From Clostridia bacterium (GTDB lineage Bacteria; Bacillota; Clostridia; Christensenellales; UBA1242): a DNA stretch of 64,000 nucleotides. Numbering within the stretch: the stretch's first letter is position 1; the number at the start of each line of letters is the position of its first letter. Made by a program: the position numbers and the translations under genes. Where the stretch lies: positions 80 to 64,079 of the forward strand of contig JAEDFV010000001.1 of the NCBI GenBank assembly GCA_016297845.1. The letters run 5' to 3'. Below, piece by piece: positions 48,613 through 58,752 of the stretch. The notes under the pieces are model-generated. The model was not told the origin of the DNA. It was given only the letters and a program-made list of their open reading frames with translations, and searched no databases.

Positions 48613-51163
48613 CAATAAAAAATCACTAGAGGAAATGTTTAAAGACACAAAAGTTGTCAAAGTTGAAGTAAACGACGAACTCAAAAAGTCTTTCATTTCT
48701 TACGCTATGGCAGTCAACGTTTCACGTGCTATTCCAGACGTTAGAGACGGACTTAAACCAGTACACAGAAGAATTCTGTTCTCTATGGGAGAAATGGGGC
48801 TTTTCTCAGACAAACCATATAGAAAATGTGCTCGTATTGTTGGTGATTGTATGGGTAAATATCACCCACATGGTGACAGTTCTGTTTATGACGCACTTGT
48901 TCGCCTCGCTCAAGATTTTTCAATTGGTTGTCCACTTGTTGACGGTCACGGGAACTTTGGTTCAGTTGATGGAGATGGCGCTGCCGCAATGAGATACACC
49001 GAAGCAAGGTTATCAAAAATTGCAAATTTAATGTTGGAAGATATTGACAAAAACACAGTTGATTTTTATCCAAACTTCGATGACACCCTTATGCAACCTG
49101 TTGTGCTTCCATCAAAGTTTCCTAACCTTCTTGTTAATGGCGCAGATGGAATTGCTGTAGGTATGGCAACAAACATTCCTCCACATAACTTGGCGGAAGT
49201 TATAAGCGGGGTTCAAGCATTAATAAAAAATCCTGACATAGAAATTGATGAATTAATAAAAATAATTCCTGCTCCTGACTACCCAACTGGTGGAATTATC
49301 ATGGGACGCGCAGCAATCAAACATGCATATAAAACAGGACGTGGCGGAATTGTTGTTCGCGGTAAAGCAGAAATTGAAGAAACGGAAAACGGCCGACACA
49401 GAATTATAATAACTGAACTTCCATATCAAGTTAATAAGGCAAAATTGATTATTCAAATGGCTGACCTTGTAAAAAATAAAAAGATTGAAGGAATTTCAGA
49501 CATTAAAGAAGAATCTGACCGTGAAGGAATGAGAATTGTAGTTGATTTAAAACGTGATGCAAATGCACAAGTTGTTTTAAATATGTTATACAAACACACT
49601 CAACTTCAAACAAGTGGCGGAATAATTCTTCTTGCTCTTGTTGATGGAACACCTAAAATTTTAACATTAAAAGAAATGTTATATTACTATCTTGAACATC
49701 AAAAAGAAGTTCTGACAAGAAAAACACAGTTTGACCTTGGAAAGGCGCTTGAACGTCAACACATTGTTCAAGGACTTGTTATTGCTCTTGCAAATATAGA
49801 TGAAGTTGTTTCAATAATTAAAAACTCAGACGATAAACAAGATGCAATGCAAAAACTTATGGAAAACTTTGAACTTTCCGACAAACAAGCAAATGCAATC
49901 CTTGAAATGAAATTATCAAGACTTACAAGTTTAGAAGTTCACAAACTTAAAGATGAACTTGAAGAACTTGAAGCATTAATTGCAGATTTAAATGACATTT
50001 TGGCTAGACCTGAACGTGTTCTACAAATAATTTATGACAATCTTGAAGAAATCAAAACGCAATTTGGAACTCCACGTAAAACTCAAATAAGCATGGAAAT
50101 CGGCAACATAGATAATGAAGATTTAATTGAAAAAGAAGACGTTGTCATATCCTTGACTCATGGAGGTTATGTAAAAAGAATGAGTGTGAGCGAATATCAC
50201 TCCCAAAGACGAGGCGGAGTTGGAATTTCAGCACACAAAACAAAGGAAGAAGACTTCGTTGAAAAAATTGTTGTAACAAGCACACACAGCGATTTATTAT
50301 TCTTCACAAATTTTGGAAAGGTATATTCAATAAGAGCATATGAAGTTCCAGAAGCTCAAAGACAGGCAAAAGGACGCGCTATAATCAACCTTCTCCCACT
50401 CATGCAAGACGAGAAAGTTGAGGCAATGATTTCTTTTGAGAAAGGTCAAGAAGGAAACCTTGTTATATCCACTAGAAACGGCTTAATCAAAAAGACAGAC
50501 CTAAAAGAATTTGCAAATATAATGAAATCTGGGAAAATTGCAATAAAATTGGTCGAAGGTGACAAGCTTAATGGAGTTGGACTCACAACTGGGGAAAACG
50601 AAATCTTGATTGCATCTCACAATGGAAAATGTATAAGATTTAGTGAAAAAGATGTAAGGCCAATGGGCAGAACATCTCAAGGTGTTCGTTCAATGAAACT
50701 TGACTCAAATGATTACATCGTTGATATGGCAATAATTGAAAAAGATTCACAATTCATTACAATCACAGAAAACGGTTATGGAAAGAGAACAGTCGTTGAT
50801 GACTATCGTCTTCAATCCAGAGGCGGAAAAGGCATAAAGGCAGGAAATTTCAATGAAAAAACTGGAAAGCTTGTTGCTCTCAAAATAACAAATGACGATG
50901 AAGATTTAATGCTAATTTCCGACAACGGTGTTATCATAAGAATGGCATCATCTGACATAAGAATTATCGGAAGAAGTTCACTAGGTGTAAAAGTCATGAA
51001 ACTTCGTCCTGGGGCAAGAATAGTTAGTGTTGCAACAACAATCCACGAAGAAACTGACGAATCTGCTCTTGGAACTGAAGACATTAATAATGTTGAATTG
51101 ACTTCTGAAGAAATTGAATATGCAGAGCAAGAAAATATTTCTGAAGAAAATGAAACGGTTTAA
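48596..51163 (+). CDS. gyrA: DNA gyrase subunit A, 855 aa
   Basis: FISYAMAVNVSRAIPDVRDGLKPVHRRILF, the catalytic-Tyr region AAMRYTEARL, a C-terminal beta-pinwheel repeat region and an acidic tail. The SD-like AGAGAGGTG ends 1 nt before this ATG (core GAGG 3 nt upstream), so its spacing fits the adjacent second ATG at 48599 better; the start may shift by one codon. Confidence 0.97.
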   Translation: MMKENNNKKSLEEMFKDTKVVKVEVNDELKKSFISYAMAVNVSRAIPDVRDGLKPVHRRILFSMGEMGLFSDKPYRKCARIVGDCMGKYHPHGDSSVYDALVRLAQDFSIGCPLVDGHGNFGSVDGDGAAAMRYTEARLSKIANLMLEDIDKNTVDFYPNFDDTLMQPVVLPSKFPNLLVNGADGIAVGMATNIPPHNLAEVISGVQALIKNPDIEIDELIKIIPAPDYPTGGIIMGRAAIKHAYKTGRGGIVVRGKAEIEETENGRHRIIITELPYQVNKAKLIIQMADLVKNKKIEGISDIKEESDREGMRIVVDLKRDANAQVVLNMLYKHTQLQTSGGIILLALVDGTPKILTLKEMLYYYLEHQKEVLTRKTQFDLGKALERQHIVQGLVIALANIDEVVSIIKNSDDKQDAMQKLMENFELSDKQANAILEMKLSRLTSLEVHKLKDELEELEALIADLNDILARPERVLQIIYDNLEEIKTQFGTPRKTQISMEIGNIDNEDLIEKEDVVISLTHGGYVKRMSVSEYHSQRRGGVGISAHKTKEEDFVEKIVVTSTHSDLLFFTNFGKVYSIRAYEVPEAQRQAKGRAIINLLPLMQDEKVEAMISFEKGQEGNLVISTRNGLIKKTDLKEFANIMKSGKIAIKLVEGDKLNGVGLTTGENEILIASHNGKCIRFSEKDVRPMGRTSQGVRSMKLDSNDYIVDMAIIEKDSQFITITENGYGKRTVVDDYRLQSRGGKGIKAGNFNEKTGKLVALKITNDDEDLMLISDNGVIIRMASSDIRIIGRSSLGVKVMKLRPGARIVSVATTIHEETDESALGTEDINNVELTSEEIEYAEQENISEENETV

Positions 51164-51208
51164 TTTATAATTCTCTTCAAATACAAGTTTTAAAAGATTA
51201 AATTAAAA

Positions 51209-51239
51209 GAAAAAATACGCTTTACGGCGTATTTTTTTA
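51209..51239. terminator. bidirectional intrinsic terminator between convergent gyrA and cca
   Basis: AAAAAATACGC-tttac-GGCGTATTTTTTT, a GC-containing hairpin flanked by an A-run and a T-run. Confidence 0.6.
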
Positions 51240-52484
51240 AACTCTAACTTTTGCAATTTCAGCAATTAATTCGTCCTTTTCGTTTTTAATTGAACCATCA
51301 AAAACTCTACTTAAAAGTTCTGTTAAAATTGTTGCATAATATTTTTCTTTAATTTTAGGATAATTTGCTTTAATTTCTGCTCCACCTATCTTTAAATCCT
51401 TTAGTCTTATTGGAACTTTATTATTTATTAAATAGTGATAGAAGAAATTATATTTCATATACAAAAGCTTTGAACGATATCGAAGAATATCAGAAATAAC
51501 TTCAAAATCGTCAAAATATTTTATAAAGTATTCTTTATTTTCCATTCGTCCAAGTGCATCATTATATGCGAAAACAATTTTCTTATAATATTCAATTTTG
51601 TTCTCAGGGATTCCAAGACCATGTTTGCCCAGAATTTGATTAGTCAATTCTATCATATCAGTCTTATATCTGGCTGAAGTAAGAATATCAATGAGCAAAG
51701 CAATAAACCTGTTTTTAGGTTGAACGTTCTTAACTAAGTCATATTTAATTCTTAAAACAGGACTATGATAGTACTTCCAAAGTTTGAGCGAATTGAAAAC
51801 CTTTAATGCTTGCATAAAGGAATTTTTCTTACTTATCTTGTATTTTTGGTCAGAATTAAGAATTAAATTCAATTCTTCAATCTTGCGTGAACCAGAAATA
51901 TCATTTAAATTTTCGCGGAAACAATATGCTGAACGAAGCGTTACTGAATCAATTTTAAATCCAAGTTCGCTCGCCAATCGTATCATTCTCAAAATTCTAA
52001 GCCCATCGTTTTCAAAAACAAAATCAGGGTGTTCAATTGTTCGAATAATTTTCTTTTTTGCATCATTTATTCCATTATAAAAGTCGACAAATTCATCTTT
52101 TGAGATATTGTAATAAATTGCATTAACAGTGAAATCACGACGTTTTGCATCTTCCTTTATATCACTGACAAATTCCACTTTAAGCGGAACATGTTCACCT
52201 CCTTCAGCATATGTTTCACGTCTAAAAGTTGAATGTTCCCATTTTTCTTCTCCAAGTGAAATTGTTATAGTCCCAAGTTTTTTGGATTTTTCCTTAACTT
52301 CATATTTTGTTCCGAACAAAATTGTCTTTATTTCTTCTGGTGTAAGTTTACTTGCAAGGTCTATGTCTGTGTCATAAATTCCAAGAATCGAATTTCTTAC
52401 ATATCCACCAACTATAAATAAGTCACCTTTCTTCTTGAAAAGTTTTGCAAGTTTATATAAATTTGGTGTTATATGTTCTTTCAT
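51237..52484 (-). CDS. cca: CCA-adding tRNA nucleotidyltransferase / poly(A) polymerase family protein, 415 aa
   Basis: Pol-beta-like head motifs FIVGGYVRNSILGIYDTDIDLAS and RRDFTVNAIYYN, followed by an alpha-helical body. Confidence 0.85.
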   Translation of the reverse strand: MKEHITPNLYKLAKLFKKKGDLFIVGGYVRNSILGIYDTDIDLASKLTPEEIKTILFGTKYEVKEKSKKLGTITISLGEEKWEHSTFRRETYAEGGEHVPLKVEFVSDIKEDAKRRDFTVNAIYYNISKDEFVDFYNGINDAKKKIIRTIEHPDFVFENDGLRILRMIRLASELGFKIDSVTLRSAYCFRENLNDISGSRKIEELNLILNSDQKYKISKKNSFMQALKVFNSLKLWKYYHSPVLRIKYDLVKNVQPKNRFIALLIDILTSARYKTDMIELTNQILGKHGLGIPENKIEYYKKIVFAYNDALGRMENKEYFIKYFDDFEVISDILRYRSKLLYMKYNFFYHYLINNKVPIRLKDLKIGGAEIKANYPKIKEKYYATILTELLSRVFDGSIKNEKDELIAEIAKVRV

Positions 52485-52493
52485 TCGACACTC

Positions 52494-54887
52494 CTATTTT
52501 TCAATTATTATATCTTTGTCACCAACAGCAAATTCAAGATCTTTTATTGAACCAACTGCCTTAAGGTCATAATCAACGGTTTTAACAAAATCATTATATC
52601 CAACAAGTTTTACTTTTTCTAATTCTTCTTTTAATGAAAGGTTATTTTCAGATTTGTATTGGCGAATTTTTGACACAATTTGAACTACATCATCGCCATC
52701 AGCAATAATCTCTTTGCCAACTTTTGCATCAATTTTACCGATTATACAAAGGTGAATGGATTTCTCATTTTCAAACTCTCTGAAATATGATTGATAAATT
52801 TCTTCGGTTATGTGTGGAAGATAAATCGCAAAAAGTTTAAGCATACCTAAAAGCACAGTATATGATGCGTATTTTGCACTGTCAGTAGCATCTTGACCGA
52901 AAATATCTGGATTATACAATCTTCTTTTTACTATTTCTATATAATTGTCACAGAAATTCCAGAAAAACTTTTCAAGTTCTCCCATTGCGAGTCCAATTTC
53001 ATATTTTTCAAAATAATCTTTGAATTTGTCAAACATGTCATTAAACTTGGCAATTATCCATTCGTCCATTGGTTTTAAATTAATTTCTTTTGGGCTATAT
53101 CCGTCTAACAGAGAAATTACAAACTTCGAAGCATTCCAAATTTTGTTAACCAATTTTGCGCCATTTTTAAATTCCTCTTCCGAGAAAATTATATCTCTCC
53201 CCAAACTGCCTGTCGCCGCCCAATAACGTGTTATATCTGCTGATTTTTCTTTCAACAAAACTTCAGGCGACATTTTTGAGTTAGATTTGCTCTTTGAAAT
53301 TTTTTCGTCCTTGTTCGCCATAACAAACCCAGAAACCATAACATTATTCCAAGGTAAACAATTTGAATGGAAATGTGATTTTGCAATAGTGTAAAAATCC
53401 CATGTACGAATAATATCATGTGCATTTGGTCGAAGTGACATTGGCATCATTTTTTCATAGAAATCATCATCTATTTTCCACTTGCAGTTTAACTGAGGAG
53501 TTATTGATGATGTTTGCCATGTGTCAAAAATGTCCGTTTCTGGCTTAAACTTTGTGCTTCCACATTTTGGACAAGCATGATTTGGTTTGTCAGTTAAAGG
53601 ATTAACTGGAAGCTGACTATCTTCTGGCAAAATAATCTCCCCGCATTCCTCACAATACCAAACAGGAATTGGCACACCAAAATATCTCTGACGAGAAATA
53701 CACCAATCACGGTCAACATTTTCAACCCAATTTGTGTATCTGCTTTTCATAAATTCTGGATACCACTTGATTTCATTTCCGCGTTTCAGGAATTCATCTT
53801 TATGTTCAACAAGTTTAATAAACCATTGTTTTTTGATGTTGATTTCCATAGGTGTTCCACACCTTTCATGAGTTGCAACAGCATGAACAATTGGTTCTTG
53901 TTTAATTAAAAGTCCCGCTTCTTTAAGGTCGTTTATTATCTCACTTCTTGCGACCTTTATTTTCATTCCCTCATATTTTCCTGCAAGCGCAGTCATTCTT
54001 CCGCCATCATCAATTGCGATTTTTCTTGGAAGATTATATTTTTCTTGCCAAAAGAGATCTGTCTCATCACCATAAGTGCAACACATGACAACACCAGTTC
54101 CTTTGTCAATTGATGCCTTTTCGTCAGTCATGATTTCCACTTCAAAGTTATAAAGTGGAACCATTACTTTTTTGCCAACATACTTCTTATATCTTTCATC
54201 ATCAGGATTTACGAATACACATACGCATGCACAAAGCATTTCTGGTCTTGTTGTTGCAATTTCAAGGAAGCCCGTTCCATCAACCAAATTAAATTTCAAA
54301 TGGTTGAAAGAACTTTCAATATCCTTGCTTTCAAGTTCTGCTTGCGCTATGGAAATTCTGCACTCTGGGCACCAAATAGCTGGCTTTTCTCCATAGTATG
54401 CTTCACCCGCTTTAACAAGGTCAATGAAAGATTTTTGTGAAATTTTTTGAACCTCTGGACTAACAGTTGAATAACAAAGTGAAAAATCTGCACTGTTTCC
54501 TGCTGAAATAAACAAATCTTTGAAATCTTGTTCATATTTTTCAGCAACTTGCATACATTTTTCTCTAAACTCTTCTCTTGTTACTTCATGCGCCTTTATT
54601 CCAAATTCCTTTTCTACTAAACGCTCGGTTGGCAAACCATTGTCATCAAAACCAAATGGATAGAATGTGTTAAACCCACTCATTCTCTTGAATCTAGCAA
54701 CAAAGTCTGCTTGCGAATATGAAAAAATATGTCCAATATGGATTTTCCCACTTACAGTTGGTGGTGGAGAGTCAATCGAAAACACTTCTCTATCTGACTT
54801 TGAGTCAAATTTATAAATACCTTCCTCTTGCCAAAATTTTTGCCATTTTGGCTCACTTTCTGAAAAATTATACTTGTTATCTAACAT
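52494..54887 (-). CDS. valS: valyl-tRNA synthetase (short, type-2-like), 797 aa
   Basis: The start is moved to the ATG at 54887, with SD GAGGG 6 nt upstream; the track start is a GTG extension. HIGH region SPPPTVSGKIHIGHIFSY, a CP1 editing domain, and a KMSKS variant KISKSKSN. There is no long C-terminal coiled coil. Confidence 0.9.
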   Translation of the reverse strand: MLDNKYNFSESEPKWQKFWQEEGIYKFDSKSDREVFSIDSPPPTVSGKIHIGHIFSYSQADFVARFKRMSGFNTFYPFGFDDNGLPTERLVEKEFGIKAHEVTREEFREKCMQVAEKYEQDFKDLFISAGNSADFSLCYSTVSPEVQKISQKSFIDLVKAGEAYYGEKPAIWCPECRISIAQAELESKDIESSFNHLKFNLVDGTGFLEIATTRPEMLCACVCVFVNPDDERYKKYVGKKVMVPLYNFEVEIMTDEKASIDKGTGVVMCCTYGDETDLFWQEKYNLPRKIAIDDGGRMTALAGKYEGMKIKVARSEIINDLKEAGLLIKQEPIVHAVATHERCGTPMEINIKKQWFIKLVEHKDEFLKRGNEIKWYPEFMKSRYTNWVENVDRDWCISRQRYFGVPIPVWYCEECGEIILPEDSQLPVNPLTDKPNHACPKCGSTKFKPETDIFDTWQTSSITPQLNCKWKIDDDFYEKMMPMSLRPNAHDIIRTWDFYTIAKSHFHSNCLPWNNVMVSGFVMANKDEKISKSKSNSKMSPEVLLKEKSADITRYWAATGSLGRDIIFSEEEFKNGAKLVNKIWNASKFVISLLDGYSPKEINLKPMDEWIIAKFNDMFDKFKDYFEKYEIGLAMGELEKFFWNFCDNYIEIVKRRLYNPDIFGQDATDSAKYASYTVLLGMLKLFAIYLPHITEEIYQSYFREFENEKSIHLCIIGKIDAKVGKEIIADGDDVVQIVSKIRQYKSENNLSLKEELEKVKLVGYNDFVKTVDYDLKAVGSIKDLEFAVGDKDIIIEK

Positions 54888-54929
54888 TTTAGCCCTCGTA
54901 AAAAATTTTTGCACAATTTATGCTTTTCT

Positions 54930-54958
54930 ATTATACTTTTGATATTCTGTTTAGTCAA
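54930..54958 (-). promoter_or_regulatory. sigma-A promoter for valS-cca
   Basis: Minus strand: TTGACT (54958..54953), 17 nt, TATAAT (54935..54930). The leader to the ATG is only about 35-40 nt. Confidence 0.6.
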
Positions 54959-55027
54959 ATGATTTATTAAATTTAGTTGAATTTATATTATGGATATGTT
55001 AAAATAATTCAAAACTTAGGAGAAGGA

Positions 55028-56200
55028 ATGGACAAAAAAAGATTAAACATAGGGCTCTTCATAGACACATGGTATCCGATGGTTGACGGAGTAATAACTG
55101 TTGTTGACAACTATGCAAAATTACTGTCAGCTATGGGACATAATGTGACAGTTTTTTGTCCTAATGTTGGCGTTTCTGAAGATAAGCGTGATTATAGAAT
55201 TGTGAAATGTAAGAGCATGAAACTTTTAGGATTGGACTATTCTCTTCCTCTTCCAAATTCAGACAAGAAATTCAAAAAAGAAATCAAAGAATCAAATCTT
55301 GATATAATTCACATTCATTCTCCTTTTTTTGTTGGCAAGATTGGTGCAAAGTTTGCAAAAAAGAATAAAATTCCTTTGTTGTCAACGTTCCATAGCCAAT
55401 TCAAAAAGGATTTCTATAAAGCAACCAAAAGCAGAATCTTAACTAAAATTTTACTTTCAAGCATAGTGAGAACATTTAATAAAAGTGATTTACTCCTAAC
55501 AATGAATTCTGCTTGTGCAAATTTGATTAAAGAATATGGTTATAGAGGCAACATACAGTTATTGCCAAACGGCACCAATTTGTCAGATAAATTGGACGTT
55601 ACAGATGAAATTGAAAACATAAAGCATAAATATAATTTAACAGATGAAAAAATTCTAATCAGTGTTGGCAGACTTGTTAAACTAAAAAACATAGATTTTA
55701 CTATTGATGTGTGCAAATTTTTGTTAGATAACAACTTTAAGTTCAAGTTGTTCATCATCGGAGATGGAGTTGACCGAAATATTTTCGAAAAAAAAGTGAA
55801 ATCTTTGGGATTGCAAAATAATGTTATATTTGCTGGAAAAATATATGACACAAAAACAAAATCTGCTTTTTTTAAAATTGCCGACTTACATATATTTCCA
55901 TCATATTATGACACAGATGGAATTGTAAAAATAGAGTCTGCCGCCTATAACACTCCAACAATCTTCACAAGCGGAAGTCTGGCAAGTTCTTCTTGCACAG
56001 ATAAGATTGACGGATATGTTGAAGATTGTGACGTGGAAAAATTTGGAAGAAAAATATTAGAAATTTTTTCAGACGAAAATAGTTTTGAAGATGTCCAAAA
56101 AAAATGCAAAGAAAATCTTTACATAACATGGGAAGAAATTATTTACAAATTAGAGACAATTTATTATAATTTAATAGAAAAGGAAGAAAAAAATGATTAA
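55028..56200 (+). CDS. glycosyltransferase family 4 (GT-B, group 1) protein, 390 aa
   Basis: The start is moved to the ATG at 55028, with SD AGGAGAAGGA. The N-terminus (IGLFIDTWYPMVDGV, IHIHSPFFVG) and the C-terminal GT1 signature region (VGRLVKLKNIDF...FIIGDG..., FPSYYDTDGIVKIESAA) are typical. Confidence 0.8.
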   Translation: MDKKRLNIGLFIDTWYPMVDGVITVVDNYAKLLSAMGHNVTVFCPNVGVSEDKRDYRIVKCKSMKLLGLDYSLPLPNSDKKFKKEIKESNLDIIHIHSPFFVGKIGAKFAKKNKIPLLSTFHSQFKKDFYKATKSRILTKILLSSIVRTFNKSDLLLTMNSACANLIKEYGYRGNIQLLPNGTNLSDKLDVTDEIENIKHKYNLTDEKILISVGRLVKLKNIDFTIDVCKFLLDNNFKFKLFIIGDGVDRNIFEKKVKSLGLQNNVIFAGKIYDTKTKSAFFKIADLHIFPSYYDTDGIVKIESAAYNTPTIFTSGSLASSSCTDKIDGYVEDCDVEKFGRKILEIFSDENSFEDVQKKCKENLYITWEEIIYKLETIYYNLIEKEEKND

Positions 56201-57011
56201 TTTATTATTTGCAGGAAATAACAAAGTTTTTAATGGAATGATGATAACACTTTTATCAATTGTTAAACATACAAAATGCCCAATAAACGCATATTGTTTC
56301 ACAATGGATTTAACTGAAATTAATGAGAAATTTGTTCCAATAAGCAAAGAACAAGCAAAATATTTAGAGGAAATTCTAAAACAAACAAACAGTGAAAGCA
56401 AACTTACACTTTTTGACCTTTCAAAAATGTTTAAAAAGGAAATGATTGACAGTGTAAACATCGGGAGTCATTTTACTCCTTATTCAATGCTTCGTTTGTT
56501 TGCTGACGATGTCAAAGAAATTCCAGACAAAATTATTTATTTAGACACAGATACAATTATAAACAGCGACTTAAGCCAACTCTTTGATATTAACATAGAT
56601 GATTATGAACTCGGTTGCGTAAAAGATGCTTTTAATTGGGCGTCCCCATCTCGCTGGACAACAAAAGGCTATTTTAATGCCGGAGTTTTACTTATGAACA
56701 TGAAAAAAATTCGTGAAACAGGAATGTTAAAAAAAGCCAGACAACTTTGCCACGACAAAAAGATGTTATATATGGACCAAGATGCACTAAACAAAAGTGT
56801 GACTTATAAGAAAATGCTTCCATTGATATATAATTCAAAAGACAAATACTATCCTGAAATTGTAATACATCATTTTTGCAATGTAAGAAAAAATGGAAAT
56901 TGGTTCCATAGAATTAAACCTTGGGAAGTTGAACTTGTAAAATCAAAAATGAGTGCGTATGACGATATTTTAGATAACTATGTAGAAAGAAAGAAAACAG
57001 TTAATTTTTAA
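56193..57011 (+). CDS. glycosyltransferase family 8 protein, 272 aa
   Basis: DxD motif YLDTDTII, NAGVLLMN, and the LYMDQDALN block. It overlaps the upstream GT4 gene by 8 nt. Confidence 0.8.
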   Translation: MINLLFAGNNKVFNGMMITLLSIVKHTKCPINAYCFTMDLTEINEKFVPISKEQAKYLEEILKQTNSESKLTLFDLSKMFKKEMIDSVNIGSHFTPYSMLRLFADDVKEIPDKIIYLDTDTIINSDLSQLFDINIDDYELGCVKDAFNWASPSRWTTKGYFNAGVLLMNMKKIRETGMLKKARQLCHDKKMLYMDQDALNKSVTYKKMLPLIYNSKDKYYPEIVIHHFCNVRKNGNWFHRIKPWEVELVKSKMSAYDDILDNYVERKKTVNF

Positions 57012-57042
57012 AAAAAAACACATTATTGAATGTGTTTTTTTA
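57012..57042. terminator. bidirectional intrinsic terminator
   Basis: A8-CACATT-attg-AATGTG-T7, between convergent genes. Confidence 0.7.
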
Positions 57043-57879
57043 AATTGATTCATCTATGATTTTTTTGCGTTTTTCTGCATATTCTTCTTCGCTTATTATT
57101 CCTTCCATCTTTAAAGCATTAAGTTTAGAAAGTTTTGTCTTTAAATCATTTTCATTATTGTTTTCCTTCTTTTCTTCAACAGTTGTCTCTTGACTTGTCT
57201 TTCCAGCAAGCGCGTTATATCGATTTAATCTCAGTTGTCTTTCTGCTTGCTCATTTTTGATTATTGCTATCGCTTCATCTGTAGCCAAATAGTCTGGTGT
57301 TTTAAAAATATATGAATATAGCAAATATACAACTTCTGTTATTAAAAGTAAAAAGTTTGACACAGCAAAAATAATAAGGGTTATATCCGTATTAAATATT
57401 GCAGTTAAAATAAGCAAAATTCCACTTGTAAACCAAAATGTAGCCAAAACAACATCTAACCATGCATTGTTTCTTTTCTCTTTAAAAGCCTTTATTCCAA
57501 TAATAATTTTCCATATCGCAAATGCTAAAACAAAAACGGATATAAAGTATCTAAGATCAAATGTTGAATTTCTCATAAAGAGATAAATCACACCTGTAAT
57601 TAAAATAAGAGCTGAAATACAGATATTAAAAATTCCATCTGCGCACAATGATTTTTTAACGGATTTATAGTCACGGAATACTTTTATTTGACTTATTCCA
57701 GTTGCTATTGCTGTCAATATAACTATAATTGATGTTCCAACAGCCATAACATTACTTACAGAAATTTTAGCCAAAATAGCAGTCATAATCATTGCTATTA
57801 CAGCAATTGACACGATAACACTTGTGACAACTATTCCTGTTTTTGTATCTCTTTTCAAAAATTTTAAGTCTTGTTCCAT
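57040..57879 (-). CDS. polytopic membrane protein with a C-terminal SHOCT domain, 279 aa
   Basis: SD AGGAGGGAA. About six hydrophobic helices. The C-terminus LSKLNALKMEGIISEEEYAEKRKKIID matches the SHOCT short oligomerisation motif. Confidence 0.7.
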   Translation of the reverse strand: MEQDLKFLKRDTKTGIVVTSVIVSIAVIAMIMTAILAKISVSNVMAVGTSIIVILTAIATGISQIKVFRDYKSVKKSLCADGIFNICISALILITGVIYLFMRNSTFDLRYFISVFVLAFAIWKIIIGIKAFKEKRNNAWLDVVLATFWFTSGILLILTAIFNTDITLIIFAVSNFLLLITEVVYLLYSYIFKTPDYLATDEAIAIIKNEQAERQLRLNRYNALAGKTSQETTVEEKKENNNENDLKTKLSKLNALKMEGIISEEEYAEKRKKIIDESI

Positions 57880-57887
57880 ATTCCCTC

Positions 57888-58673
57888 CTATCTTTTTCGT
57901 CCAATGAATTTAAGTATAGACCACAATAATTGTGCTGAAAATTTAAGAATGAATAAAGATGTTAAAATTATGTTTGCAACAAAGATTTTATAATTTAATT
58001 TTGACATTTTTTTGACAATCTTAAATTCTTCATCTGACAAAATCATCATAGCTTCGAGAATATTGAGTCCTTCGTTGTCAGCCTCCTTGATAACTTTTGC
58101 TGTGCTTAATGCAAGCGCCAAAATGACTATGAAAGCAAAAACTGCAACACAGCAAGCAACAATCGAAATAACCCCTAACTCACTGAAAACAAGTGCGTCA
58201 ACTAAAATTGAAACAAAAACTGCTGGGACAATAATTCCAATTGAAGATTGAAGCCAACCAACATTTGAAACACGTTTTACTCCCTTGTTCCCTTCAGCAT
58301 CAAGTTTTGCAAGCCCAACAACTCTTGTCACTGTAGCAAGCCCTAAAATTGCGCTGTTATTATATACATTTTTGCTTAAATAAATTTTCTTATATTTTGC
58401 GCTGTATCTGTTTCCGCGAAAGAAACTTGATATGAAACTGGATCTTTCAATCTCAACATTAACCAATCCAAGTTGGTCTAGCATTGTTCTTGTCAAATCC
58501 GCCCCAGAAACATTAATTTCTATTTTCTTTTTTCTTAAGCGAAGAAATGCTCTTCTTTCTTTGTGTTCAACAATTTTTGTCCAAAACAACACACCAATTA
58601 TTGCAAGAGCAATAACACCAATTACAATGAGTATTGCCAGCGTCAATGTTGTCATTCCTAAAAAACTTATCAT
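57888..58673 (-). CDS. YugP/Zn_peptidase_2-like membrane protein lacking the HExxH motif, 261 aa
   Basis: SD AAAGGAG. The topology and the block GADLTRTMLDQLGLVNVEIER...NRYSAKYKKIYLSKNVYNNSAILGLATV resemble the putative neutral zinc metallopeptidase family. The position of HExGH reads TRVVGLA, and no HExxH occurs anywhere in the protein. Confidence 0.5.
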   Translation of the reverse strand: MISFLGMTTLTLAILIVIGVIALAIIGVLFWTKIVEHKERRAFLRLRKKKIEINVSGADLTRTMLDQLGLVNVEIERSSFISSFFRGNRYSAKYKKIYLSKNVYNNSAILGLATVTRVVGLAKLDAEGNKGVKRVSNVGWLQSSIGIIVPAVFVSILVDALVFSELGVISIVACCVAVFAFIVILALALSTAKVIKEADNEGLNILEAMMILSDEEFKIVKKMSKLNYKIFVANIILTSLFILKFSAQLLWSILKFIGRKR

Positions 58674-58752
58674 ATAAAACTCCTTTTATTTTGTATATGA
58701 TTTTATCATATCATAGTGAAAGGAATTTTCAAAATGTTTTTTATACCTTTAT

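Noticed and set aside
54888-54976. A T-box riboswitch upstream of valS.
   Set aside because: Only about 90 nt separate valS from the divergent glycosyltransferase gene, and the promoter sits about 40 nt from the ATG. There is no room for a specifier or antiterminator structure, and no T-box sequence was seen.
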